A stretch of 64,000 nt of DNA from Azolla caroliniana (lineage: Eukaryota > Plantae > Polypodiophyta), in contig JBHGNT010000009.1 of assembly GCA_043228905.1 (NCBI GenBank), forward strand, positions 22,010,001 through 22,074,000, in the 5' to 3' direction. Shown here piece after piece: positions 35,586 to 49,430 of this stretch. Under the pieces are notes generated by a model, which did not search any database, was not told the origin of the DNA, and saw only the letters and a list, made by a program, of their open reading frames with translations. Made by a program: the position numbers and the translations under genes. Position 1 is the first letter of the stretch; each line of letters opens with the position of its first letter.

Positions 35586-38500
35586 TTAACGGTGCCTTTC
35601 CATGGCCTCGACATCTTTCCGAAATGCATCCTCAAGTATGTTCTTGAGTTCACAAAACCGCCGTTTCTTCATACTCTGCTCCTCGGGATTTCCCGTTTGT
35701 GTGAGGCTTAGCTCAAATGAATCGTCATCCATAAAGCTGTTCAGAATGGCCGAACAACAAGGGAAAATCCGCTTTCCCAATTCAACTGACCAAACAATAT
35801 AATGTCTCGGTCACTCTCTTGGGGATGTGAGTGGCGAAATAAAAGAGGAAACGCCGAAATACCCCTAATATTCTGGAAATTTTGACCCCTCTGTAGAAAT
35901 AGAATGTGTACTACATAAGAAGGGGTATTCTGGAAAGATATCCAGAAGATTAGGTGTATTTTGATGTGTTTCCCTGAATAGCTTTGTAAAAAAGCAAACC
36001 CACTATGAACCTATATTTAGAACATAAGATTACCTGTTTTCTGAAGAGCTTGCACTCTTTTCATAAGGGCATCGCTCATTTTAGGTATTGGCAATGATGA
36101 TCCTGCTTGATCCAAGTAACCAGGTGGCATCTGATTGAGATCTACACCTTCAGACTTATTGGTGCTAGAAATTTCGGTCATTGCACGTCCAGTGAACTCT
36201 GATGTAGCCTCCAAATGTACAATTCCAGTAATCAGTTTAGCTTCTTGGGGGAACAATAGCCGGCCAACTGCCACTGTACAGTCCCATTGAAAGCCAATTA
36301 AGAACTGAATTTTTTATGTTGGAACGGAACAAGAAAACGTATAGAAATCAAACAGTGTATAACAACATGCAACTTCCCAAACATTGCCACCAAACTCCTT
36401 GGATGGAATGAAAACGAGAATGAGTCATGATTAAATACATCAATTAAAAATCACTGGAAAATTTAAGATCTAAAAGAAGGATATGATCTGTTTAACTTGA
36501 GATCTTAACAAAAACACATGCAATGGTTATGGATTTGCTGCATTATTATCCACCAGAAACAAAAAAGAAGAAAAACTTCCGATCACACTCACTACAAAGA
36601 TAAACCAAATTTGAATAGATAACAAAACGAAAAAGTCATGGAAAAGGATAAAAAATTACCTCTATTTTCAAGATAAAGCAATCTCATAAACAATTCCTTT
36701 TCATCCACAGCAGGAGGGAAAACAGTGTTCGCAAAGGGATTCTCACGACCTGCTTGATCTAATATTTCGATCGATAACCTATCCTTTTGTAACTCTTCAC
36801 CACAATCTTTGTGGTTAGGGTGATCGGAACGTTGTATGGACCTTGCACAAAGCTGAAGGGCAGTCTGAGAACTGGGTGTTCGTTCCATTGGATTTGCACC
36901 TTTGATAAGAAGACATGCCAAAATAGATGGTTCACGTCGGATCGCTGCAACGTGAAGCACAGTAAAACCACAATCATTCCGAAGATTTGGATTTGCGATG
37001 CCAATATCCAGAAGTTCCAAAACAGTGTTAGTGGCACAATACGCCACAGCATAATGCAAACCATAAGCTTCATCTATGCTTACTTCCCCTTCTCTTAAAA
37101 GAAGTCGCACTAACTCCACATCATCTGAATCTAAGGCTTTCCTTATTCTCTGGCATTCCATTTCATGTTCAGGATTTGTGATCTCTTGCTGCATGTGATG
37201 AAGATTCATTTTTGATCGCAATGAAATGATCTCCTCTGCTAGTGCTAAGGGAAGTTGTTTTAACAAATCAACTTTGCTGACATGTGAAACTGCAATTGAT
37301 TTTATGCATAGGGTGAACAATGACTGAGCTCCATGTACATGAGCTGCAATGAGGATGAGAAAAACCTGTTCTACTGGTGTCTTCTCCACGATATCATAAA
37401 GGTGATTCTGCGAGCAGCACATTAGAGTTTCAGTGACCACGAAAGGATCCTTAACCATACCATACTTTAACAGTTATAGTGACTCTCAAATTTGTTTAAC
37501 ATATATGAACTCTACTATTGTTTACATGGTTTTCGGCCATTTCTTTGAGTTTCAGGGTTTAGTGTTTAAATTTTATTAAGGTTCTCTTTTCGTTACTATT
37601 GAAAAAGAAGGAACTGCCATGATAAGCACAGTAGATGACAAGGTCTTCATGAACTTAACAATACATCGCAAAAAATTCCAGGATAAAAATGTCAAATTAT
37701 ATATGAAGAATCAGAATGGTTTCATAATCTGAATCAAATACATTAACAATTGTTGTTCCCTTATCTTAAACAAACACACTAGCAATTCGGACTCCTTAGT
37801 TCTTAATCAGATGCCCCTATAATAGGCTTTCTTACACTTGTTAGCATACACGAACAATGAGGATTTCTTAATTTCTAATCAGATATAAGAACATTTAACT
37901 ATTCTTAGTTCTTAATCAGATATATGAACAATTACATTTTCTTAATTCTTAATCAAATACACTGAAAATCAGGGCTTCTTACTCTTAATCAAATAAACTA
38001 ACCATTGGGGTTTACTCGTAATCAAATAAGTAATAACCTGGAAAAGTGATTTCAGCTCATGGATATCGAAGACGGATGAAAGGCAGAGCATTTCAACCGC
38101 AAATTTAACAGAAGGCAGACAAACTTCATGCAAACACTCAGTATCTATGCATTTGACTGTCTGAATGGAAACTTTCCCACTATATAAGAACAACATGGTG
38201 GCCCAGAAAGCATCAAAACGGATTCTGGTTCCGATTCTACTCCCGGTCTCCTTGATGACCATTTTGAGAATCTTCTCGAGATCTAATCGTATCACAGAGA
38301 GGTCTTCCTTGATCGAGCTTTCGCCACGGCTGCAGGGAGAGAGATATGAAAGGTCCCGTCTGTCCTTCGAGAACAGAGCTCTGAAGAAAGGGGATCGGGC
38401 GGCGAGAATGCATCGATGGAGATGGACAGATTTCCCTGAAGCATAGATCGAGACGTCGCTGAAGGTATCCCGCGCAGTTGGATGGAGGGAGATCAACCCT

Positions 38501-38640
38501 TGAATGCTGGAGCTCAGATTGTGCAGGGAATCGCAGACATGAGAGGGGGAGGGAGCAGAGGAGGAATCGGAGGAGGACAGGGAGGGTGTGGTATGGATGG
38601 GGCTGTGGGAAGAAGGAGATGGAAGGTCGCTGCTCGCCAT
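35586..38640 (-). CDS. NPR: NPR1/NPR3/NPR4-family BTB/POZ-ankyrin salicylic acid receptor homolog
   Basis: Canonical four exons: 38038-38640 (BTB: VHLHRCILAARSPFF), 36660-37407 (RIRKALDSDDVELV, ankyrin repeats, LLYLENR), 36034-36273 (VDLNQMP), 35586-35785 (VELGKRIFPCCS). Junctions are in phase. Confidence 0.92.
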
Positions 38641-38729
38641 AGCCACCACATCTCTGTCTCCGCAGACTTGAGTACAAAAAAAAAAAACACAGAGGAGGAG
38701 GAGACGACGGGTCATCACGGTGGCTAAGT

Positions 38730-38797
38730 CCACGTCATCTCCACGTGGCAGCATATGATCGGAGGCAATTGCCCACGTGGCAATATTGTCCACGTGT
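38730..38797. promoter_or_regulatory. Cluster of four ACGT-core bZIP elements (TGACGTGG, two G-boxes, one ABRE-like) upstream of NPR
   Basis: CCACGTCA 38730, CCACGTGG 38741 and 38773, CCACGTGT 38790; 90-160 bp upstream of the ATG. Confidence 0.5.
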
Positions 38798-40889
38798 CAA
38801 TATTCCACTGGACGGTCACCCGTGCCGAAAGAATATTCCCGACACGGGGACGGGGGCGCCGAGCCGTAACAAGATTCGTTTAAAAAATGACCTGTAAGAA
38901 GGCATCCTATCTAAAATAAAACCATACACGAATTCGAAGCTTTTTTCGTGCTTTTTTCTTGATTTTGCGTGCATTTGGTCTTGAACCGACACGTCAGAAA
39001 AAATGGCGTGTGTAGTAGTTGTTGTTCACTAATTGCCCTATCTGTCTACTAGGTTTACCTACGACATGTTACTGCTCACATCACTGAAACATGCTTTCTC
39101 TTTATTAGATATGAAATTATGAATCACATGTTTTCAATATTGAATCCACAGAAGGTTAACATATAAATGAGTTGAATCCTTGTCGCTCATATCGATGCCA
39201 TCTTTGTTTGATATATTGACACATGTTTGTGATTTCGACGCTACCTCTCCATGTGGCGAAATATCTATTCATCAAACAAGTCACAGTGGTAGAAGCCTTT
39301 TGCTTGCAGAATTTAGTGCCCACTAGACAAATTTGAAAGGGCAATGTTAGACAATCCATGTTGATCCAAGGTGTGCTAGAAAATAGGTGGACAATCAGGT
39401 GGACAATCGCTCATTCTTAACCTATGTTAGGATGTACAAACTATTATACCACCAATGTACGATTCATAAAGACGTAATTGAAAACATGTCTTTCCATGCG
39501 TAAGAATATCAAGCAAATATGTCCTCAATATGGTCGATGAGTATTTTGCTTGTTTATATATATTAACCTTCAATGTATTCAAGCTCAATGTTCAAAGAAA
39601 GCATGTGCTCACTCAATGTTCATAAGCACTTTCTATGAAAAAATGAAAACTAACTCAAGATGAGCTAATTTGAAAAAGTGGGAAGGCTCTTTGAAAGCTA
39701 GCCTCATGGGGTTGGATATGATTTGACATTTTCACCTTGTATTGGGTCCAACATTGAGGGTTAACATTTACAAATGACATATTCCAAAATTGATATTTCT
39801 TGCGTTTTACCACTTCACCCATAATTCCTGTAGTAATTGCTCCACGTGCCTGATCAAATTGGATTTTTTTGCTCTTGTTGGTTATTTATACCTTGCATCA
39901 TTAGTTCTAAGCATGTTTTGACAATATGTGACTGGGGACCTTCTCAACTTTTGTGGTATACTTGCATACCCTTTGCATGGCTAACACCTCTACAACCCGA
40001 ACATGTATTTCTAATAGCATGACAATATAGGATTTTGAGGATTTAACTCCCCTAATATATACATATACAAGAACAAATTTCAATTATTCTCAAATGCATT
40101 GTGTGTATTAAGTGAGACAATAACACCCTATAAAGCAACACTCGGACCATCATAACATTGAATGAAGTCAATCTCACTTTCCATATGTGAGCATCACTCT
40201 GGTTGCATTGATTCTCAAACATACAAAAACCATTCCAACCCACTTGAAGTTTGGTTTGTTTGTTTGTGTGTGTGTGTGTGTGTGTGTGGAAGCCTCTTGG
40301 AGGAGTGACCAAGGACCTCCCTTCCTCCCTCTCTTATCATAAGTACTTTACCTTGGCAGTAAGTTGTTAGACTATCAACTCTTAAGGCATTGGGCTTAAG
40401 TCTCTCTCTCTCTCTCTCTGTCAAAAAAATTACAGCAAATCCGAACTCGATAATCTTACGTGTACCAGTAACAAGATTATGTAGTCTCCCTCTTTATCTT
40501 ATTTACGTTTTTTCTTTTTCGCTTTCGTAACATTCAATCATTGGGTTCGTTGTTCTCAAAGACAAAGACGACACCGGCATATGTAATCTCTTCTTTGGTC
40601 TTATATGTATGTAGGATTAGGGCCTAGGCCATGATGGCCTCTTAAGAAGGCACTCAATATAATACATACATATCTTTCTTTCTTTCTCTCTAATATCTAT
40701 GTTGATAAAAGAAACGAGCATACTTTTGTAAATTCCGAGAACTCGTGGGAGAGCCTATTTCTGTAAAATTCGGAAACTATCTAAACCCATCCATTCACTC
40801 TTCTTCTGCTTCTTCTTCGTCTTCTTCTTTCTTCTTCTTCTTCTTCTGCTTCTGCTTCTGCTTCTGCTTCTTGCGTACAGAGCTGCAGG

Positions 40890-43800
40890 ATGTCATGCGC
40901 GTTTCCATCGCCAAGCTTCGCCCAACCCTTCGCCCGCCCCCGTCCATCCCCACGCACGACAGCCAGAACCAATGTCGAACGCGGACGCAAATGCCGTCGC
41001 TCTGTCGAGAGCAGGGTCTTCCGACCGCAGATTAGTAGCAGGACATCCGTGGTGGCAAAGGCTTGCGTCTGCATGTCTCTTTCCTCTCCATACCCCATTG
41101 CTTTTAATTCTCAGAAAGCCCCGATTCTCCGTCCAGGAGAGGTAGAAGAGGTGAACATCAGAGTCAGTGCTAGGCCATATCCGGTTTACATAGGAGGTGG
41201 AATTATTTGCGATACAGAACTTCTCAGGCGGTAATCCATAATTATGTCGTTCTCTTGCTGTTGTTTTAGCCTAATTAATACCACTTATCCAAAATTGATT
41301 TAAAATTGTTCTGAATTAATTTTTTAAAATTAAATCATAGGGTGTTGTGTGGATACCAAATTTCTGAAAACATTTGGATTTTCATGAGTACCAGGGATTT
41401 TTAAAAACACTTTTCACCTTGAAAAATTTCAGACCTGCATTTTGATAATGGTATTTGTGACACAGTGTTAATGAATTTTATCGTACTCTTGAAAAAATAA
41501 ATGTCTTTGCACATTTTAAAACGGCATTTTTAGTTTAATTAGTGATGCTTGATTATTTACATTGAGAAAACAATTGTGTTTGTACAATATAAGGTGTAAG
41601 TATATGGTTAGAGGGCACATAGACTGTTTTTTTGGGGGAAGGGGAACACACCAACACCTTGAAAAGTGTAAAACTGCATTTTTACAGACCATTTTAAAAA
41701 TTGTTTAGTCAACATATACATTGATAGCATAATACAAGTTTACAATCTTGGATGTGTTTAATCCTGCTTAAATAAAGTTTTGGATCTGATTTTATTACTG
41801 TCCATTATTTATTATTCTTTCAACTTTATCTAATATCTTATAGTTTCATAATTAACAAGTCAAGATTTTATTTTATTTTATGAAGGGTAAAACTCTGAAC
41901 TACCCTTTATTTCTCTTTATTTCCCAAATGGCCCTAAAACATTTCATTATTTACCTGAATGGCCTTGTTCAACATCTTGTCAAACAATTTTATCGACTAT
42001 TTGAGCAATTATATGGTCAGTTCATACTCTTCTCCTTGATTATATTAGTATTTGAGTAACCAGGTAGTAAATTCACCCATTTTTATCGCTTTTAATGGTT
42101 GATAGGTCCATTTGGAGAAAAAAAAAATGAAAATTTAGGGTTATCTGGGAAATAAAGAATAACTTGGGTATTTCAGAGTACTCTTTCATGAACATGTATA
42201 TTTTTGGATTCTAGATCTACACTTATGGAACATGTCTATACGAACTACTGAGCTATTTTAAAACTAAATTAGATTGTGATTTTTGGCTGCAGGCATATAA
42301 AAGGAAAACACGTTTTAATCATAACGAACACCAAGGTGTCCCCATTATACCTGGATGGACTTCTGATGTCTATCACAAATATAGGTAGGGATATGAATGT
42401 TGAAGCTATATGTCTAGATGATGGAGAAGAACATAAAAACCAGGTGAAATGAAATAGTTATATCATAGTGCAAATGACTTCATCATTCAATCTACCCCCC
42501 CTCCTCGTAACATCACTGCTTTTTTTTTATTAGGGTGGATCCCCGAACAGACTCAAATTCGCGTGTGAAAGGCTGCTAGGACTCGGATCTCGAATCCAGA
42601 CCCCGGATTTGGATTTAAGCCCGATAGTGCAAAAGTTGGAGGGGTGTGGGAATGAACTTCAAGAAGATGGCTGAATGCACAAAGGTTGAGCCGAAATGGG
42701 AACGTGGGAAACAGTTAGAGGGAGACAAAATGTTGAGCAACAAGTGAGTAGCGGATTGCTAAGCCACTTGGCCCAACACACAGTGACGAAGACTAAGGTG
42801 TAGCTGCTAATTTTGAGCAACCACGTGGCCTTTCTCAGAGATAAATAAGAACCACGTGTTGCCGCCCGGTGATGCATGGCGTTGTGGCATGGCGTTGCAT
42901 GGCAGCGGGGAAGCGCGACATTTGCGTATTGCTGCATGGTGCTATGTGGCGAAGTGCCCTTGGCCACGTGGCGCTGTTGGAGTCACCACATGTCAAGGTG
43001 GTGCGTGGCTGTGGGATGTCCATGGAGGGTTTTCAGAAGGTTGCTACAACTCCACAATAGAGATGCGAACGGGGAGCGAGGTCAATGGATAGAGCCCGGG
43101 CCTTGGAGAGATTAGACCTGGGTTTGAGCAACGCCCTTGCTCGAGTGTCGTTGGCTGGTGGTGGTGAGGACCACAAGATTAGGAGGCTAGAGATCTCGTA
43201 GACATGTGGTGCTGATGCCTCGTGTCTTTGGGAAGACACAGTGGCCACTTGTGTGCAAGTCACCTGCACAGGTGGCTCGTTCCCCCCCACAGGAGCCAAA
43301 AGGAATGTTGCTCACCCGTCTATGCTACTCAGGAGCTTGAGAGGAGGGGGCTTCTGTTGGATTGTAGGAGTATGCATAGAGTAGAGAGAACGACACAAAG
43401 TGTGTGGGTAACATGGCTGTTTGCTGAACATGCAGTAAGCCGAAATATTAAGATCTAGCAAGCAGAGAGACTTAGAGTTGGAAGCATTAAATATATTCAA
43501 AGAGATATTTGATTACAAAAACCCGAGCTAGCAGGGTGTTGCTTGACGGTGTGAATAATTAACTTAGTGTAGGATTTGAACCAACTAAACATGCTGCACA
43601 ACTACCCTCTATCCAGCTTAAATAGGAGATCACGATTAGCTCCTAATTAAAAGTCATGTGGCTCCATAGTCGTGCGTAGTAATTCAATGCGGATGGCCGT
43701 AACGACAGTTCGATTTTCACAGCAAGAATAATGTAGCTCAATAAAGCGATAATAATAATACCTTTCTTCTCTCATGTACAATGTGCCTCATGTTTATTAT

Positions 43801-46800
43801 AAAGTTTATTGAATACACATTGGACATTCCGTCTGCCACATTTGACGTCCATTCATGCACCCCGTGGCTTAAGCACCAAGAGGGGGTTTCAGAAGCACAT
43901 GAAACCTCTAGGATTTGGCCTAGGTTCGCATGCAAGTTGAGCGTACTCATGAGAGCTGCGAAACTTGTGTGCCTAGGGAAGGGGTACATTTGTCACAGGC
44001 CCATGACTCACACCTTGAGTCACAAGCATCTTCTCCATTCGTTGAGAGGACTTAAAAGCCCACGACTCATACCTCGAGTCATGGGCGCCTTCTCTACCCG
44101 TCGAGTCCTCACCTCAATCCGTTGAGGTGGTGTATTGTGGTTCTAATCACAGAACCTCTCAACACATCGGATGAGTTACATTCTCCCCTTTTGAAGAAGG
44201 CATCTCATCTTTGGTTTCAAAAGGGTTAAGGGAATTATATGCATTAATTACATCCTCAATTTGCCACAAGGTCACACCTTGTTGCCATTACTTTTCTTCC
44301 ATGGTTTGCCTTTTCATTGGCAAAAGTAGAGCCTATTAGGCCCATGTTGTTGGGTTGATCCCAATCACGAAGGATGGCTTCCAAGACGAAGTCACTACCT
44401 TTGTCGATTACCAAATGGAGACCCCTTCGGACCACCATTTACTCATGATTTTTATCCAAGTAGCTCCTCTTGAGCAAGGAAATGTGTAACATTGGATGCA
44501 CACCCATGTGCTCAAGTAGATTGACTTTATAAGCCAAAGGTGGTAGCTCCTCAATAATGAGAAAGGGACCATTGTACCGTCAAGCAAGCTTTGGAGTGAT
44601 GCCCTATGAGAGAACCCATCCATCTTAACGAGCACCAAGTCACCCCCTTCATATTCTTCATGCTTACGCTTGGGGTCGACATACTTCTTGTACCTAGCTT
44701 GAGCCTTCTCCATGGCTTCCTTAGTTTGGTTGAGGCAAATGGATCACCTATCCATCGCGAGATTAACACTTGGAACAATGTTAGATAATGGCAACGCCAT
44801 AAGATCTCTGGGAGACAAAGGTTAGAACCCATAATTGAGTTCGAACGGACTAAACCTTGTGGAATCTTGCTTGTGGAGGTTGTAACAAAACTTTGCTATG
44901 TCGAGGTATTGGGAACAATCCGTTTGGTCCAAGCTCACATAATGGCAAAGATAATACTCTAAGATTTGATTAGTCCTCTCTGTTTGACCATCTGTTTGTG
45001 GGTGATAGAAACTACTAAACTTGAGGTTAGTACCCATCAAAGCAAAAACTTGATTGACAAATAGAGAGGACTAATAAAATCTTGGAGTATTATCTTCGAC
45101 ATTGTGTGAGCTTGGTCCAAAAAGATTAGTCTGAATCCCTCGACATAGAAGAGTTCTCCTACACCTCTGCAAGCAAGATTTCGCATGGTTTAGTCCTTTT
45201 GAACTCAATTATGGGTTCCAACCTTTGTCTCTCGGAGATCACTAATCAAATCTTGGAGTATTATCTTTGACATTGTGTGAGCTTGGTCCAAAAGGATTGG
45301 TCCCAATCCCTCGACATAACAAAGTTCTCCTACACCTCCACAAGCAAGATTTTGCATGGTTTAGTCCTTTTGAACTCGATTATGGGTTCCAACCTTTGTC
45401 TCTCGGAGATCTTATGGCGTTGCCATTAACTAGCATTGTTCCAAATGTTAATCTCGCGATGGATAGGTGGTCCACTCGTCTCAACCAAGCTAAGGAAGCC
45501 ATGGAGAAGGCTCAAACTGTAGGCATGAAGAATATGAAGTGGGTGACTTGGTATTTGACGGTATGATGGTCCCTTTCCTATCATCGAGAAGCTACCTCCT
45601 TTCACTTACAAAGTGGAGCTACTTGAGCACATGGGTGTGTATATGGTGTTCCACATTTCCCTGCTCAAGAGGAGCTACTTGGATGAAAATCATGAGGAAA
45701 TGGTGGTTTGAAGGATTCCCGCTTTGGTGATCGACAAAGGTAGTGACTTTGTCTTGGAAACCGTCCCTTGTCATTAGGATCGACCCAACCAACATGGGTC
45801 TAATAGGCTCTACTTTTGCCAATGAAAATGCAAACCATGGAAGAAAAGTAATGGTAATAAGGTGTGACCTTGTGGCAAATTGAGGATGTAAATAATGCAT
45901 ATAATTCCCTTAACCCTTTTGAAACCAAAGATGAGATGCCTTCTTCAAAAGGGGAGAATGTAACTCATCCGATGTGTTGAGAGGTTTTGTGATTAGAACC
46001 ACAATACACCAGCTTGACGAATGGAGAAGACGCCCGTGACTCAAGGTGTGATTCATGGGCTTGTGGCGTGTGTACCCCTTGCCAAGGCGCACACACTTCA
46101 TAGCTCTTGTGAGTACACTTGGCTTGCATGTGAACTTAGGCCAAATCCTAGAGGGTCCACCTGCTTGTGAAACCTCCTCTTGGTGCTTAAGTCGTGGGGC
46201 GCGTGAACGGATGTTAAATGTGGGGGATGGAATCTCCATTGTGTATTTAATAAAAACCTTATAATAAATATAAGGTACTAATGTACGAAGTGCATCGTAC
46301 ATGAGAGAAGAAAGGTATTATTACTATCACCTTATTGAGCTGTATTATTCTTGCTGAGAAAATTAGACTCATTGAATTATTGAGTGCATCTATGGAGCTA
46401 CGTGACTTTTAATTAGGAGCTAATCATGGTCTCCTATTTAAGCTAGACAGAGGGTGCGCTGCAACCTTTTGCAAACTCTCCATGGACAACCCACAACCAC
46501 GTGTCGCCTTGACGTGTGGCGATTCTAGCAGCTCCACGTGGCCGGAGGCACTTCGCCACGTAGCGGTGTGCAACTGTCGTGCTTCCCCTCTGTCATGCAG
46601 CAACACGTGGTAGGTGGCGACATGTGGTCCTTGTTGATCTCTGAGGATGGCCGGGTGGCTGCTCAACATAAGCAACCACGCCTTAGTCTTCATCAACTTG
46701 TGCTGGGCGAGGCGTCTTAGCCCAACACTATGCAGGTCTCTCCTCAGTCTGCTCGAACCCGAAACCGACTCGTTGCTTGACGCTCTGTCTCCACCTTCCC

Positions 46801-49430
46801 GCTGCCCGTGTTCCCACTTCGGCTCAACCTTTGCGCGCCCCTCCACCTTTTACACTATTGCGCTTAAATCCGAATTCGGGGTACGGATTCGAGATTCGAG
46901 TTAAGTTCCGAGTCCTAGCAGCCATCCACATGCGAGATCGAGTCCGTTTGGAGATCCACCCTAATAAAAAAAAATCGGTGGTGTTATATGATATCAGTAC
47001 CCCCTGCCCCTGCCCCCGTCCATTTTTTTGGATTGCTGAACAAGAAAATTTTGCATGCAGAAAAGTGTAGCTGAAGTGATCAATATAGCTGTGAAAGAGA
47101 GAATGGACCAGACAACTACCTTTGTGGGCCTTGGTGGAGGTGTTATAAATGATGTTTGTGGATTTTCTGCTGCCTGCTATAAGGGAGGAGTGAACTATAT
47201 ACAAATACCAACAACATTTAGGGCTCAGGTAGTGAAATCTATATTAATGACCATGTTAGGACTCAGCTCATGATCACATGTTTAGAGCACAGGTAGAGAA
47301 CTCTTAATCTAATAATTAAGTAAGGAATCGACATATTTTCGAACCTGATCATAGTATGATGTGCTGTAGGTCGATCTTTCAGTTGCCCATGAAGTAGGAA
47401 TATACCATCTTCTTGATAAACAATCAATATGCTCATATTATGAACCAGAATGTGTGATTACCGACACCGATACCTTGAAAACTTTACCCGGCAAAGAGCT
47501 CATATCTGGGATTGCTGAAACAATCAAGTTCTCCTTGGTTAGAGATGGTACTTTCCTGCATTGGTTAAAAAAAAACATGACACAGATGTTGGAGAGGTAA
47601 GACATTTCAAGTACATAAAAATAAACTGGTTTGACTAGTATCATACTAACAAAGCTTGTTTTGCATTAGGGTAGATTTTGCTATCTTATCTTTCTTCATT
47701 TGGACTTGAGGCTAATTCCGGTGTTTATTTCCTTAACAATCTGAAATATTTACACAGTGATATTTCCCCCTCCTACTTGCATTAATTGATATGAATGATC
47801 CATCAGTGCATGTAGAAATCTTCCTGGTTGATTCTGATGCATCGATTTGTCAATTAGTTCATTAAGGATAACCCTGTTGTACAGTTTTATTAAAGTTAAT
47901 CTTGTGCAACACATCTGATAAAGATCCTTTGTTTTGTGGTAGGCATCCTGCAGCAGTAGCTGATGCGATTAGAAGGTGCTGTATGATTAAAGCTGAACTT
48001 CTGCAGAATCACAGGAGAGATATTCTTACTCTTGGGCAACCATTTGGACATGTACTTCCAAACGCACATCTATAACATTAATATGTACTAGTCGAGTCCA
48101 ATTTACAAATGGTGCAAAGTAGTAGGCCTAGGAAATGGAGCATGGGAATGCTGCTTAATCAAAAAAATTCCTGGCTCGGTATAATGTTATAGAAGATAAG
48201 AAATTATGCATCCAAAAATATATATATCTAGCACATGAAATAGAGATGGTGGAGAGAGAGAGAGAGAAGACTGGGTCTTAACTATATATAGTTTAACTAT
48301 GCCACACAAATATGTGTTGTCCCTAACTATGGGGAAACAAATCTTTGGCATATTTAAGTCTATATTGATTTAAAAGACGATAATTGCTCTCAGTAGTATG
48401 CACATGACACGAGATAGAGCCCATTGGGCTCAAAGTTAAAACCCAAATATTTCCCTTATATATCTTGCATGTTTGTAAAACTTATGATAGCAGTTTAATA
48501 ACATGATATCTAATCCTCATAGCTGTATGTAAGCCCACAAGGAAGAGAAGATTACACAGCTTGATTTAAGCCTAATGCTATATCAATAGACAAGAAATGA
48601 ATGGTGTACCCTAACAGGTGTAACACCTGGTTAGAGATTTAATCTAGATGACTGGATAATTATGATATTAACTATACATTGTTTGATATACTTAACCTCA
48701 TGTCCTATGGTGTTTTTCTTTTCTGCTTCTGGAAACTTGTGATATAGGGTATCTTGAGAAGCATGGATCAAGGTTCGAAAAGCACGGAACAAAAAGATGG
48801 CATGTCAGAAAGCAGGGAGCGTCGAGAGTGGCTTCATGGAGAAGCACTTTCTGTTGGAATTGTATGCAACAATTATTCTGTTTCTACATTGAAGTGTCTG
48901 TGCTTTGATAAAAATAATTTCAATAAAATTTTCTCATCTTGTTTTCTTATGTGCTGAACTTTAGGTTATGGCAGTAGACCTCTCACATAGGTTAAAATGG
49001 ATAGATGACACAGTTCTGATGGATGCAGTAATTGCCATGGAAAAGGCACACTTACCAACTGCTCCACCAGCACACATCTCAAAGGCAATTCTAAAGCAAA
49101 ATATGGACGTGAGTTTCCAATTGCTGTTTACTTTAGCTACCACTTTGACCATTTAACGTAAGGTGTTATTATCATTGTCGGGTCTTATGGGTCACTATGG
49201 TCTTTTAGAGATGCTAATATATGTATATATGTTTCTTTTCTTTTTATTTGATCACATCTTAGACTCAGCAAGTTTGAATCCTTTTGATGAACATGCAGCT
49301 ACCTCATGATAGGTGTCTTAAATTAGCTTTACCAAGAGGAGTTGCTGGAGAATGCATTTTCACGCAAGATTATGACCCTCAAGTTTTGGAGTCCATGTTG
49401 ACCTTTTTCTGTCTTGGTGATAGGGAATGA
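40890..49430 (+). CDS. 3-dehydroquinate synthase-like protein (plastid transit-peptide-like N-terminus), divergent active site
   Basis: Eight in-phase exons: 40890-41230, 42293-42443, 47061-47228 ([13 protein letters not shown]...IQIPTT), 47370-47596, 47943-48051, 48748-48861 (WLHGEA), 48965-49108, 49299-49430 (stop). Confidence 0.88.
42506..46988. mobile_element. 4.5-kb foldback made of two inverted Gypsy 3' halves (integrase remnant + PPT + LTR) in DHQS-like intron 2
   Basis: Left LTR (-) 42506-44180 and right LTR (+) 45959-46988. Both begin TGTAACTCATCCGATGTGTT after PPT AAAAGGGGAGAA. Integrase motif [17 protein letters not shown] at ~44960-45010. Symmetry centre ~45055. Confidence 0.8.

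Noticed and set aside
38641-38793. N-terminal extension of NPR suggested by the ORF track
   Set aside because: Begins at a non-ATG codon and runs through the G-box cluster and poly-T. The ATG at 38640 is more plausible.
42506-46988. DIRS element or DNA transposon with long terminal inverted repeats
   Set aside because: Arms are Gypsy integrase + PPT + LTR. No tyrosine recombinase, transposase or TSD.
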